Numbered from the whole stretch's first letter, positions 25,170-39,782 are shown. The stretch is DNA of 63,844 bases, filler included, from Octopus bimaculoides (GCF_001194135.2; 8 parts of 8 records of this genome joined end to end with filler, not necessarily neighbours in it); one strand, 5' to 3'. Notes: generated by a model from the sequence alone, not told the origin. Made by a program: numbers and translations.

Positions 25170-27194
25170 ATGGCTATTCGTATCGGTTGTGTAAAAGTAC
25201 GTGGCCTGATGTCGAGCTGGAAGCAAGGGCGCTTCCTAAATGACATCAGGTCGCTGAATTCGGATGTAATTGTTGCTACAGAAGGGACCAAAAGATCCGC
25301 TCCCTCTGCTGAACGGCTACGAGAAATACATTTCTTCGTGTCGGGTTGTGGGTGGGAGCGGGGTGTTGGTCCTATTGAAAAGGAACCGGGTTTCAGAGAA
25401 AAACTTAATTTTTTTCTGATCCAGAAGTTAGGCCGGTCATTTTGGACTTGACATTCAGTGGTGGTAAGACGATCAGGCTGGTTGCTATTTATGCACCCAA
25501 CAATACTAGTCAAAAAAGTGAATATTTTCGTAACCTAGAAAAGTTTCTAGTCACGTTGCATTCTTTAGTTTTGCTAGGAGAATTTAACACAATCTGCGAT
25601 GCACGCGTGGATTGTGTTGGCTCGACATCGAATAGAAAAAGTAATCTTGGCTTCCGGAATCTGCTTAGTCGCTTTCAGCTAGCAGATCCATGTAGGCTGG
25701 CACACCCTGACGCTCCATTGTGGACATGGTCAAGCAGCCATGGGTCGTCCTGATCGTATATAGATAGGATTCTAATTAGAAAAATAGACAAAAGCATAGT
25801 TAAGTGTCCACAGTTTTATCCAGTTTGCTACAGTAACCACAAGATGGTCACCTGTATGCTGAACTTAGATAAGGTACATAGAAAGGGATCTGGCTACTGG
25901 AAACTCAATATGTCCCTTTTGGTGATTGTGGAGTATAGAAAGCAGAATAAAATGATAATTCAAAGGGCATTAACAGGTGCCATCATTAATAACAAATGGT
26001 GGTACGCCCTAAAACGAGCCATAAAATTTGAGTCTATCAGATATAGCATAGATCTAGTAGATAAGGAGCGTAAGAAAGAAAAGGGTCTAGTTAAGAACTT
26101 AGAGGAAGTCATGAGGACAAGCAATGCGAACCAGGTGAGGGTGAAGAGATTGAAATTAAACCAGTACCTCAAATCCCAACACATGGGATGCATTGTCAGA
26201 GCTAGACTACATGCAATGGAAGAAATCAAGGCCGCTGGATAGGACCGAGTGGTGGAGGCTCAACGTGGAAATGATTCCACAATTCGATCTTTGGCAAATC
26301 ATCATGGTGTATTGATAAACGAACCCAAGGAAATGTGCGAGGCCTTTCAGGAGGACTTCGCCCAGATTTTCGGGGGGAGCGATGGACTGGATGGTAGGAG
26401 GGACCTTGCGGATTTCCTTGCCAGGCTACTGCGCCTCTCAGGGTGGGATGCGGAGTCTTGTGAGGGGCCGATCACGCCTGAGGAGGTGATAGAGGCTATA
26501 GCGAACTGTGGTGTAGGTAAGTCACTGGGTCTGGATGGTCTATCCTACGAGCTATATAGGTGTATGCCAGACTTGTTCGGGCACCTCCTGGCCAGTGTGT
26601 ATACTAACTGACAGCAGAATGAGTTGATTCCCTGATCTGTACACCGGGGAGTAGTGACACTGATCAGAAAGAACCCAGACAAGGGGTATCACAATAAATA
26701 ATTTCAGGCCCATCACTTTACTAAACATAGAAGTGAAGATTTTGGCCAAGGTGATAGCAAAAAGATTGGCTCGTGTCGTGGATGGTCTGATCGGGGAGGC
26801 ACAGACTTGTGCCATTCCCGGCAGAAGCATCCAGGATCATCTCCATCTTCTCCGCTACACCGTAGCAGAATTTGGGAGCAAAACTGGCAAAGGTGGGGTA
26901 TTGGTACATTTAGACCAATATAAAGCTTTCGATAAGGTTGACGATCGGTGCCTCGTGTCTGTTCTTGCAGAGTTCGGCCTAGGTCTTGGCTTCCTTAGGT
27001 GGATAATACAATTGTATGATAACATTGACTCGATCGTTCGGGTGAACGTTTTTTTTTTTATCAAAGCCGTTCTGTATCAAATGCTCGCTTCGCCAAGGGT
27101 GTCCGTTCTCGCCGCTTTTATATGTGATAGCTCTTGAGCCGTTACTGCGAAAGTTGAGTGGCATCCCGAGAGAACCAGGATGTGAAGGGTCGGT
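25170..27194 (+). mobile_element. L1/Tx1-type LINE ORF2 (AP endonuclease + RT), degenerate and 3'-truncated before YADD
   Basis: APE motifs (VRGL, RLVAIYAPN, LGEFN, WTWSS..SYIDRIL, GSGYWKLN), then KSLGLDGLSYELY, FRPITLLN, QTCAIPGRSIQD, LDQYKAFDKVD and LYVIALEPLLRKL. Confidence 0.93.
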
Positions 27195-27726
27195 TAATTC
27201 CGTGTCCCCAGTAGTTTATCCTTTGTGTCCTTGTTGCCTTCAGTATCTTGGTCTCCTCATTCATGTTATACACTATGGCTGTCATCAGCTATGTTTCTTT
27301 CAGTTTTTGGGGCACTTTGCCAACTCGCACTCTGGTCACGCGTCACAAAACGGAGGCAGAAGTACCCATTCCTCCTATCTTATTGCCTCAGTGGAGTGCT
27401 TAATTGCTTCCACTTCTGATGCAAAGCGCACCTCCACAGTAGCACGCATTCTCTCTCCTCTTATGAACGTGGTTAGTTTTTAATACTCTTTAAACACTCT
27501 TCAATAGCCTCAATTGTCGCTATTTCTATTTTCCTTGTTGTTATCTTCATCGTCTTAAATGTCACCGTCCTTTTCGTTACATTGGTTGTTAATTCTACTG
27601 GCGGTGTTAATTTCAGTGTATCTCCATCTCTTTCCAGCAACTTCTCGCATTCCTTCATTTTTTGTGGTTCCAATTTTATTTCACGTACTTCCAGCGTTTC
27701 TGCGTCGATCACTTTTCCACTTGCAG
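27195..27726 (-). mobile_element. Inverted ORF1 fragment of a related L1/Tx1-type family
   Basis: Minus-strand peptides RVTRVRVGKVPQ...LMTAIV..NEETKILKVTRTQRINYWGHG align by eye with RTTGIRIGRIPP...LIAAVTMNLEEKITLL...EINWHGQ of the forward ORF1. Confidence 0.7.
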
Positions 27727-28702
27727 NNNNNNNNNNNNNNNNNNNNNNNNNNNNNNNNNNNNNNNNNNNNNNNNNNNNNNNNNNNNNNNNNNNNNNNNNN
27801 NNNNNNNNNNNNNNNNNNNNNNNNNNNNNNNNNNNNNNNNNNNNNNNNNNNNNNNNNNNNNNNNNNNNNNNNNNNNNNNNNNNNNNNNNNNNNNNNNNNN
27901 NNNNNNNNNNNNNNNNNNNNNNNNNNNNNNNNNNNNNNNNNNNNNNNGGGAATCAACAATTCAAAATAATAATAGCAACAATTTGATCAGTAACAATCAA
28001 TCAAACAAATATTCAACAATATGACTTATGTCTAACAAAGCAACTGAAACCACCTGTGACTCCAGCTTCACTATGAAATAATACGAACTTCTACGAACCA
28101 TATATACTCTCTCGGTTCAGTCCATTCCTCACAAGAGGGTATCTTGACTCTCATCACAACACTGAGATTACAAGAGGTGAGTTGTGGTCACTAACTCTGG
28201 TCTTGAAGGAGTATCCTGTTCCCCGACATATTTCCATTTATTTATTCTCACGGTTCTGTTACTGCTGTCGTTACAGTTGTTACTGCTGGAAACCACCTCT
28301 GCCTTGTACTGGCATTTATATGAACAACGTAGACGAAAGACGAGTATCAAATACCATAATACATAAATTCATTATTTAGTAAAATTATCTTAAATTATAG
28401 AAGAGTATCATAATTACCAACTGGTAATCGTTTAGCATATTCAATATTCAAATATACCAGAACATATTAAGAATAAAGTTATCATTTTGATTCTCTCTAT
28501 TTCTTGTGTACACGAGAATTTGAGAGGTACCAGCACAAATCAACAAACCATTTCTAGTCTCTCTGCTGTCATTACACACTCTGCAACTCTCTTCCTTTGT
28601 CTACACACCTTGGTTTACTGAGTATTCTCTGCATTCACATTTACTGTATACAAGGTACCTGCCTCTGGTACTGGTACAATGACAGAGAGGATCCACTTCA
28701 TG

Positions 28703-28802
28703 NNNNNNNNNNNNNNNNNNNNNNNNNNNNNNNNNNNNNNNNNNNNTTAATTAATTAANNNNNNNNNNNNNNNNNNNNNNNNNNNNNNNNNNNNNNNNNN
28801 NN
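28703..28802. other. Artificial 100-bp scaffold spacer
   Basis: 44N-TTAATTAATTAA-44N. Confidence 0.95.
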
Positions 28803-28840
<38 letters not shown>

Positions 28841-29267
28841 GCACATACATTTATTTCTAAATGCACATGTACAGGAATATAGGAATAGGCATTCATGCAC
28901 ACGTAAGCAACAAGGTGCAATCACAGACATGAATACACCACTGGATCAACACGCACACGAAACACACTTATATGCTCAAACACGCACGAACACACGTTCA
29001 CGTATATAAGCAAAGATTCACGCAAACATTTTGGAAAATAAATGGAAGCAGTTAATTATGTACAGATGATATATGCCTGTGTGTATGCGTCGTCTGTACG
29101 AAAAGGAAGAAAGAGATAGAGAAAAAGAGTGATACAGTGGTGGAGGGAGAGAAAGAGAGAGAGAGAGAGATAGATAAATAGATAGATAGATACATAGATG
29201 GGATGATAGGTATAGAATGTGTATCTATGTATGGATATAGGCATGAATATACAGATGCATCGATATC

Positions 29268-29298
<31 letters not shown>

Positions 29299-31356
29299 CA
29301 ATCCAGCTTTCTATGGATCTATCTACATCTATAGATATATACGTTTGTGTGTGTAAAATTACATGTATATTTCTAAGAGAGTAGGTGTATACTTAAGTAG
29401 AGGGTTAGGCTTAGGCGCTTACATTCGATAATACACACATACACACACACACGCACACAAAGCACTCCCTCACTCATATATTTTGAATGTATATACCTCT
29501 ATATAAGAATATATACACGGACATATATAACTACATACATATATAGAAGATGATCGTTATTAATATTAGAAAAGAAGTAATAAAATTTAAAAAAACATGG
29601 GTAACACAAATCTGAAAATATAACAATCGCAAAAAGAAATTTGGAAATAATCAAATAAAAAAAAAAAACAACAAATAATAAAAAAAAAATATGTAAAATA
29701 ATTTTCGAGAAACAAAAACAAACAAATATAACTGAAAGAGGTTTAAAAAGAAGGCTTTTCAAATTCGGTGTAAAAGAATAGAAAATTGGAAATATGAAAA
29801 GATTGTACTTAAATCGTGTAGAATCTATTTTCGTGATTCCCAAACTAACTTTGGCATGTTTTGCGTTGCTCGTACTTATCATTGTCTAGAAGACATATTC
29901 TTCGGTTTAAACTGTGTAAAACATTTGAAACTCTACGGTGATCTACGAAGGGGAAACATGGCTTAAATAATGTAATAAGTAGCGAATACTGCTGTTGTTA
30001 TGGTTGTTGTTGTTGTTAGTGGTGGTGGTGGTGGTGGTGGTGGTGTTCTGGTGGTACTAGTGGTGGTGGTGGTGATGATGTTGTCGTCGATGAGTTTGTT
30101 CGTATTCATGTTTACTGCTGAGTTGACCCTGAAGAGGCATTCGTATGAATTAAGTTATGTTAGCGGTTTTCGTTTTTTTATATTTAAAATCCTATTATCT
30201 TAATATTTAAAATCCTTATATTCTGGAACGGACGTATTTGGTTCGTGTTTTTTTTTTCGCATTTTCAATCTTTTTATATCAATGTCTTGAGAGTAGAGGA
30301 TGATTTGTGTGAACACTCATTTTCCCTCCCAATTCTAAGCCTCTCTGCCGCACAAAATAAACTTAATCAATAAACATAACAAATAACAAAACACAGCGTG
30401 TTTCAGACCTCGTCTCTTTAAAAACGAACTCTTATGTTAAATACCAAATTGCGAGTGAATACGGCGGGGCCGGTTGACGGAAAATTCAGGCAGAGACGGA
30501 AAATGGAGGCAAATTCCATAAAATTCACGCACAGATTAAAAAATCGGAAGAGTAACAAAGAAATGATGAGTCAGGAAGATTGTGGTTGGAACGTGTTTCG
30601 TTTATTCTCAGTTCAACAAGACCTTACCTGGGGCTAAATGATTCGAAAAATGATATTGGCCTACTATAGACCTTCCACGTTGTCAAAAGAGATGCACTCT
30701 ACTACTCTACTAGATTTTACATGAAAGCTAATGTTAATATAGATAGGTATGTTTATTATACTCATGGAACTGTGACCGAGCCATCTTAAAGCAGTACATA
30801 GATTTATATAGTCAGATAATAGAGCCGATATACTCTTTGAATGATAAATGTATTTTTATCGACCCTAAGAAAATAAAAGTTAGTGATGACACTGCAAGGA
30901 TTTGAGCTTCGAATACGTAGAAATTATTTCCGCCGGTCTATGGCTGCTCCTAATCCACTGTCATTAATTAAATTCCTGTTATCTGCAGAGCCGAGAGAAG
31001 ATAGACCTATATTGTTATTAAAATTGAGTTCTTCATGTTCTAACATGGCAGTATTCACATAGAGACATTTTGTCTTGTCTAATTGGAAGTAAATACTTTG
31101 ATATGTAAATATGATTAAAATGTATTGAAGAATAGATTTAGGAAAACAGAGATATCGAAGTTCAAATCATAAACGTATAGATTTGCATTGTATCAGATTT
31201 ATAGTGTAACCGTTTATGTGCACGTAAACACCTACATGTACGTACAAACAGACAGACGTGTATTTAAGTATACGTAAAAATTTATTTATACTTAATCTAC
31301 AAATATGTAGCAAATTATTTATATTTAAAATATACATACACACATAAAACTACATA

Positions 31357-31427
<71 letters not shown>

Positions 31428-33687
31428 CATATATGTATATATGCGTATATCTATATTCAAACACACAAAAACGCATATANNNNNNNNNNCTTCATATCTC
31501 TATCTCTAAATCTATTTGAGTGTGTATATGTTTGTTGTAATAAATTAATATGGGGATGAGAAAGAAAGAGAACGAAAGAATAGTATTTTTATTTCAGACG
31601 CAGAACCAGAGATGAATATCTGAAAAGGTAGGCGTTTATGATATTTTATCAATTCTTTAGATACTTCTTGTCTCCGGTTTATAACAGCGTATTAATGGCG
31701 AGTTTCTTTTATACATTTCTACTTCCGGCTTGTAACGTTTGTAAGTGTGTCCTGTCAGAGATTCTAACGTACCTCCCAGTTAATGTCTGTTATACATATC
31801 CGTTGGACGCCATGTTATGAACATTCGAACATCCATTAATGGTAGACATTTTCACATAGGGGAAATCCTCAAACATGAGTATATCCGTATATCGACATTG
31901 ATCTAAAATCAATAAATATGCCAGTAATCTGGCAGAAAGGGAAGTTGAATATCAGAAGAAATAACTTTGTAGTATTTAATTTGAAATTCCCTGCAGTTTC
32001 TTTGCTGCAGTTTCTTTGCTACAATCTCATCTGATTGACTTACAGTCGAACTATGATTTGTCCTATATGAAGAACTAGCAAAAACTCTGGATTGAAGATA
32101 CTAATTACATCCATCTCATGTCACCTGCTAGAATCATTACGACATGCTGAAACAGGCAGATATATTCTTTGTGGTTAAGTAGCCATTTTGCTGAGTTTGC
32201 AGTTCTTGGTTCCATTCCACTCCACTGAACATCGACCACAAGGTTTAGGAACGAACTTTGACTGACAGTAACCATGCAGACTTATGGCGGATAAACTGAG
32301 CAGGTCTACTATCCGTCCGTTCAAACTGCTTGCCGTTCAAACCATCTCAAGTTTCTGAACCATATATTGTAATAGATCAATTTAATCAAATTACCATTAT
32401 ATAGTAACAATTTTTAGGATAATGATAATGACATTTTTGTACGGTTTATAAATCTTTATGTCCATAAAAATATATTAGCAAAAAATAGCAAAGGTAGTGT
32501 TAATATCATATCCGACTTACTGTGCACCAAAATAGAAATTAAAAACGTCTATGTAATATTTAAACGATGAAGGGATTTCTGTTTCAGACTGAATCAAAGC
32601 TGAAATATGAAATCACCTCCAGCTAATTTGTTCTACTACACAATTAAATATCAGAAGTCCAATAAGTTAGAAACTTGGTAGTGTTTACCGACCAAAAGTC
32701 TTTGGTAATGATCTGCAATAACCTATAACATCAATAGCAGCAACGTCAAAAACAAGAATAACAATATAATCACCATAAAGGAAGTAGAAAGAAGAATGGA
32801 TGTTTTAGAAACTTTGTCGAGAAAGAAAAATATTATCGTACCTTCATGATGAAATAATAAAAAAAAAACACAACAAACAATACAACAGAAATACTATGAA
32901 ACGAGTGATTAATGTGAAATTTGTTAAAATGAGAAATCACAAAAAAATGACATAAAACCAGCTAGTCTCTAAGTGCACAATTTATTGTAGCGTAGATACA
33001 AGTATGAAATATGGATGGTGTGTGAATATTATTGGCCTTCACGATATGATGATGAAATATGGCGCTTAAAACGATGTGCTGGGAAGTTATTAGAAATATG
33101 GGATTCTAAGTGGTAGTAAATTGATAGAATCTCATCTCCAACAAGAATCTAGAAATGAAAATTATTATTTCTAAAATGATCTGGGATTTCTTAGGACATC
33201 ACTGATCGTATTAGTAAAGACTAAAAGATCAGATATAATCTTGATAATAATATATAAATCGAATTTGATGTCACACAGAACAGTCTGTAAGCAAGTAGGA
33301 ATGTATCTTCCCATTGTGCAAATCTTTAGGAAAAGTGTGCTTCCATAGATTCAGATGACAATAAAACGTGGAAAAAAAGAAGAAAAACCATGGTTAGACG
33401 GCTACTGTTAAGAAATCGGTTCTTTAGTTTGCATAGGTTCTAGGAAGTTGTAAACTGGAAGTGATTTCAGGTGTTACAACACGAGTTACACTTAATAGTA
33501 TGCAGTGGACTCCAAACTGTTGCGCGAACTTTTGATAAGACTATGGCCAGAGTAGAACTTGACAATTGTTATTTACGCTCTTTTGTTATAGAAGTGACCA
33601 CAGACAAACTATACATACATATATTATTTTATAAATATACGTGTATATGTATGGGTGTATGTTTGTGTAGATGTGCGTTTGTATGTG

Positions 33688-33745
<58 letters not shown>

Positions 33746-34236
33746 TATATATATATATGAGTTGTATGTGTATATGTCTGTAAGCGTATCTATCGATTAT
33801 CTATATGTATATATGTATATGTACACTTGCAATCACACGTACACACACATACAAATATATGGCTATACACAGATAGATAGATAGATAGATAGATATATCG
33901 ATAGCCAAAACAAATATATGTTTCTGAATGGTAATCTGTCTCTGCTTGTACACACATCCACATACACATTCCACACGACCTAATAAATATTCCAACGCTA
34001 CGTATACTGACACAGGAATAAAGAAATAAGCTAAATAAATTCTATAGACAGGTTAAAAGCCACGTTGTCAATTAGACAGAAAATCAATGGGGAACAATAT
34101 TTCCGTAATATTCCTCTAAAACATAAAGAAACTCGGGAGAATAAAAGGGGAAGCGGATCTTATTTTTACTTATTAAAATTATAAACACACACCAGCATCT
34201 ATCTATATATATATATGTGTATATGCGTGAGTATGC

Positions 34237-34279
<43 letters not shown>

Positions 34280-34589
34280 TGTATGTATCGATGAATACAA
34301 ATACGGCGCAGTATTGTTGGCTTATGTTAGTTTTCTGGTTTTTAACGTGTTTTCTTAATTCTGTACATATTGCATTATGCAAATAAGCACCAGATTTTCA
34401 TTGCAAATTGATATTTATCAATCGAATACTTGCGTAATTACAAAGTCTATTTAATGTAAACATGTTTTACAGTTATAAATTATTATATGCTGTAAGCTTA
34501 CGTTTTCGTGCAGAAATTTACATAATCTTCACATATAAAACTATTTGTATAAAAACGATTCTGTATGTACCAATTACAATTAACATTGC

Positions 34590-34627
<38 letters not shown>

Positions 34628-35269
34628 CATTGTGTATATATATAAATTTTTAGAATTATTTGTAAATATGCATACATATACTTACAGATGTATATGAATT
34701 TATAAATAAAATCTACATTAACCTTTAACCAGAATTAAAATGATATGATTAGTAAATTCACATTTTAATATATTTTTGCCTCGCTGCAGGTGACTTGGCG
34801 TCAACTGATAGCTGAGTAATATGATAAGAGTCGACCGATGCTATCATTATTTGTCGCTGTCGGAAAAGCCATCGTCGGGGTTCGTATCCATTAGTTACAT
34901 ATACATGAAATGTTACATTATATCTAATATGAAAACCAAAGTGAGCTGTGGGACACAGCTTTGTCTGTGTGTCTCATCAACTTAATATAAGGTGCGAAGT
35001 TCACACTCACGAACACAGGATCACCTCTTCATCACAGGCACGCAAACATTATGTGCATAAAAGAGATACACTCATATATATATATATATATATATATATG
35101 TATACATACATATATAGGGAGAGTTCACAAAAAAACAAAAGACGAAGACAGGTGGTTCATAGATCGATATATAGATAGGTAGATAGATAAATAGAAAGGT
35201 AGGTAAGTAAGTAGGTAGGTAGGTAGGTAGGTAAATAGATAGATAGTTAAATAGATAGATCGTTGTCAG

Positions 35270-35745
35270 CTCATTTCTGAATAGCTGGTGTCTGTACCAC
35301 TTAATCGTAATGGGTGCGAAAGGTGCCGGAGCCTGAGGTAGTTATTCAAACTTGAGCCTGGGGTGCGAGGGATTGCGAGTCGCTCTTTGCGTCTTCGACT
35401 CCTGATTTCTGTCCCTTGTCATATGTTATTTTCCATCTGATCTGTTTACTCGATGTAATTCTCATTAGAATTTCTTTGTCTATGGCAAATTACACAAATC
35501 AAATAGCCAAAGTGTATCTGAGATCATGCCCTCACTGACTCTCTCTCAGGTGCCATGTTCAACAGGTTTTCTAGTATCCGTGGACTTCCTTGCCAAAGTC
35601 ATTTTTCTAACCAAGCATATTTGCAGCTTTCTTTGGTAGTCTTGTAATACTGCGTTCGAGGCACCACAAGAATTGTTACATGCGACATCAGGATATGTCC
35701 AAACGATGGTGAGTTTGTGATATATCTAGGAACCAGCTGTACTCC
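35270..35745 (-). mobile_element. Degenerate RTE/BovB-like LINE 3' end
   Basis: Minus strand ..SFGHIL.. and ..RSRRRKERLAIPRTPGSSL.. resemble the WxGHV and terminal RRxRRK motifs of RTE ORFs. Confidence 0.5.
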
Positions 35746-35803
35746 TAGTCGCTCTCTCACTCAGTGTGTGTGTGTATCTCTCGCACTCTGTCTCTCTCCC
35801 TCA

Positions 35804-35842
<39 letters not shown>

Positions 35843-37194
35843 GCAAACTCACACACATAAATATATAAACAGATATAAAGATGTGTGTGTGTGTGTGTGG
35901 TGTCATTATAATTTTAAATATCTATGCCCATGTAGATATATAAGCCTATGTAAGTCCGTGTAATTATATATAAATAAGCGTATGTAGATATTTGTATTTT
36001 CATTGTGATCTATCTAGCTAAGGTAGGACGAGGGTCTTACTCATTCCGTGAGTGTACACGTACGAGCTAGAGAGTGTTTATATATTTGCGTCTATATTAA
36101 GAGCATAAGTTGTCTTATACAGTAAAAGTAGAACAATGAAGAAAATCTTGAAACAAAATCTTTTAAAATCCGAATTTGTCAGGCTTTTACTTCTAAGCGA
36201 ACTTACACACATCCAAACACACTAATATATATTGTTAGAAGCAGAGACACATACAACGATATGTGTGGACTTATACAGAGAGACATAAAATGAATATACA
36301 CATACTAATGCACAGATATTTCCCACCATAATACATATATATAAAACGTATATAATCCATTATATATATATGCACATTATATACACATGCGCACACGTGT
36401 GAGTAAATGTACACACACACACACACCCACACACACACATTTATATTTGAGAGAGAGAGATAGATACTTCTATAGATAAATAGATGGATATATACATACA
36501 TCAACGCAGATACATGGATACAAAGACATGAAGAAGCATACATACATACATACATACATAGATAGGAAGGTAGATAGATATATAATCCGTCATGGTACAT
36601 AAATAATAATGAAATATAACCTTTTGCATTCTCATTGTTCTTTGTACAACCGAAAGTACTTAGAAAGGTAGGTGGATACCAGTATACATATTTCTGTTTT
36701 TGCGCATGTGCGGGTATGCCTATATTTTTAAATCTAAACGCCTGTTTCTCTCTGTGTATCTGTGTGTGCATAGGCGTGAATGAGTGTGTATATATATATA
36801 TATATATACATAATTATATATATATGTAAGCATATAGAGATATATACACACACATCTAATTGACAGACTGTAGATAATTTCGATGTAAATATATATAAAA
36901 TTGTATATGGAATGTCATATAGAAAATTGAAGGATTTGGCAGACTGGGGATAATACATATGGCGCCGTGTATATATCTATATAAGATGTAATATTTCTGA
37001 ATAATACGATACTAACAACATTCTGAATTAATAATCATAATATTTCATTATATCATGTGAATACGGTCATGCAATATAAGGTCCAATTTAGAGGGTTGGT
37101 CGAACAAACACTTCACAATAAATTATTGAAAATTTCAGGGTGATGTGACGTATGTCAGCCTCATTACTGTAAGGAAATTATTTAAATACTGCAG

Positions 37195-37252
37195 AATGTT
37201 ATCACCTAGATTGGAAAGCTCATGCTGCCAAATATAAATCAAATGCTGTATT
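37195..37252 (+). CDS. Candidate 58-nt exon (phase 1-2)
   Basis: Acceptor tttaaatactgcag, donor ATT|gtgagt; single open frame CYHLDWKAHAAKYKSNAV. Confidence 0.3.
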
Positions 37253-37801
37253 GTGAGTAGAAAGGCAAGTTAATGAGGATAAGCGGGATGCATAATATAC
37301 AGACGTATGTGTGTGCGCGCATATGCATACTTAGTGCCGTTCATTGTTGTTTGAAATTGCAGAAATTCATTAAATTATTAACAGACTATAAAGGCTAGCT
37401 GTATATAAAGTAAAAGGAATGCATATAAAATCAGTGTACGTATTTGATATTTGGAAAAAAAAAACATAACATCGTATTAGGACAAATCGTTTCAGAACTT
37501 CTAGATAAACCCTCAGAAGACATGATCCGTATTCTTCTTTAATCAGTAACAAAATTCTGCAGATGTTATATAAAAGAGAAAATTAATTAAGCTTACAATT
37601 TTAAGGATAGCCAAATTTATATATCTATACTTTTATGAGATTCTGTTAATTAAAGAATATATATTTTATGTATATGACAGATTGAATAAGTAGAACGAAA
37701 ACTGAATTTGAATATTAGGACTATTTTGTGGAAAGTGAGTGGGACGTAAGCATATATATCCTAATGTATATATGTGTGGATTAATATGTGTGTGCGCGCG
37801 C

Positions 37802-37862
<61 letters not shown>

Positions 37863-38007
37863 GAAAACAAAAGACGACGGAGCAGCAAGTATATGAATTA
37901 GTTCGACGTTAAGGAAGGAAGGACAAGTCTTTGAGGTTTCGAGCCCCACGGTCTTTGTTGGAAAGAATTGATAGGAAATAAATGAATGAAAATAATAATA
38001 ATAATAA

Positions 38008-38048
<41 letters not shown>

Positions 38049-39124
38049 CAGTTTACCTGTGAACAATTCTGGAAGGACGAGTACCTAAATACTGCTTCAA
38101 TGCCTTAGCCAATGCCCATGGTATGTGTATGTGTGTTCAGCTTTCATCGTAGTAGTGACGTCCTTAATTCCTCGTTTCTACAACCATGTTTACCCTTTTA
38201 CGATATCAGTATATTCACTTAAGTCTAATCACATTCATGTTTTACCTATTTCAGTTCATCTTTGAAAGAGTAAAAGTCATAGAACTGTATAGACATATTT
38301 TTAGCAGTGTTTCCACATACATATGTATATATTTGCAAAATGTGGACAACACCATGTTAAACAGCTAATTATCTTAAAACGAAACACTTAAAATTTAGAG
38401 TTCAAATTTCGCTACTTGAAGTAAATCTGATTGCTTTTTACCTCTCTTGTGTGTTTCAAATATATTTTCTAGTGGTATTTTTACGAAAGAGTATTCCACT
38501 TTCCTGAGTATAAATAGGTTTATTTCTTTCTTTCTTTACTGCTATCTTTATTTCCTCGGCTATCTTCGTGGAAACTTGTCTGAACGTAGAATGTGTACGT
38601 CCTTTCGAATAAAAGTCTTCAACATATATGTATTTAAGCTTCATTCGTCCATTTGTTTGCTAAAAAATATTCTCACAACTAACCCTATACTTATATGTAT
38701 TTACGCACAGAGAGAGGCACACATAAGTTTATATGTATATATATATATANNNNNNNNNNNNNNNNNNNNNNNNNNNNNNNNNNNNNNNNNNNNNNNNNNN
38801 NNNNNNNNNNNNNNNNNNNNNNNNNNNNNNNNNNNNNNNNNNNNNNNNNNNNNNNNNNNNNNNNNNNNNNNNNNNNNNNNNNNNNNNNNNNNNNNNNNNN
38901 NNNNNNNNNNNNNNNNNNNNNNNNNNNNNNNNNNNNNNNNNNNNNNNNNNNNNNNNNNNNNNNNNNNNNNNNNNNNNNNNNNNNNNNNNNNNNNNNNNNN
39001 NNNNNNNNNNNNNNNNNNNNNNNNNNNNNNNNNNNNNNNNNNNNNNNNNNNNNNNNNNNNNNNNNNNNNNNNNNNNNNNNNNNNNNNNNNNNNNNNNNNN
39101 NNNNNNNNNNNNNNNNNNNNNNNN

Positions 39125-39165
<41 letters not shown>

Positions 39166-39311
39166 CCAAACTTTCAAAAATATGCTTTCCGGTATTCTTC
39201 CATTTGTACCACGAAAAACATATATGTGTGTGTATATATATATATAAATATATATATTTTGCTCAATGTTTAGGGCAGACAGAATCACTAAATATTGTCT
39301 ACAAGAAAATT

Positions 39312-39345
<34 letters not shown>

Positions 39346-39550
39346 TATATATCTTCTTATAGACAATATTTAGTGATCCTCTCTGACTTCAACATTGAGC
39401 GAACAATCCGTATGTCTTAGTCCATAAATTATAATACATTATAAATTATTATGCCATAACATCGTTTTCCATAAATCTAGCAGTAACTTATATTCCATTC
39501 ACAGAACATACCCTTTCCTCAGCAATAACATTTCGATTTTCCTCAACAAC

Positions 39551-39629
<79 letters not shown>

Positions 39630-39782
39630 AATATAATAGTGGCACAACAAGGCGCAAAGGTTTGCTAGAAATAGCAATCGATAACCGTACGACGCCATCT
39701 AAAACTTTACTGAATGTGTATACTGTCAAAGACGTGTGGGGGAAGCGAATATAAAAAAAGAATTTCGCCTTACCTCTATTAG

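Noticed and set aside
29794-29889. 31-aa ORF MKRLYLNRVESIFVIPKLTLACFALLVLIIV with a hydrophobic end
   Set aside because: Short, AT-rich chance ORF with no good donor or other support.
38051-38107. FTCEQFWKDEYL and nearby DYFVESEWD (37719-37745), reminiscent of Cys-loop receptor motifs
   Set aside because: Conserved Trp missing, in-frame stop, the order is wrong for a Cys-loop receptor, and there is no Cys-loop or TM exon.
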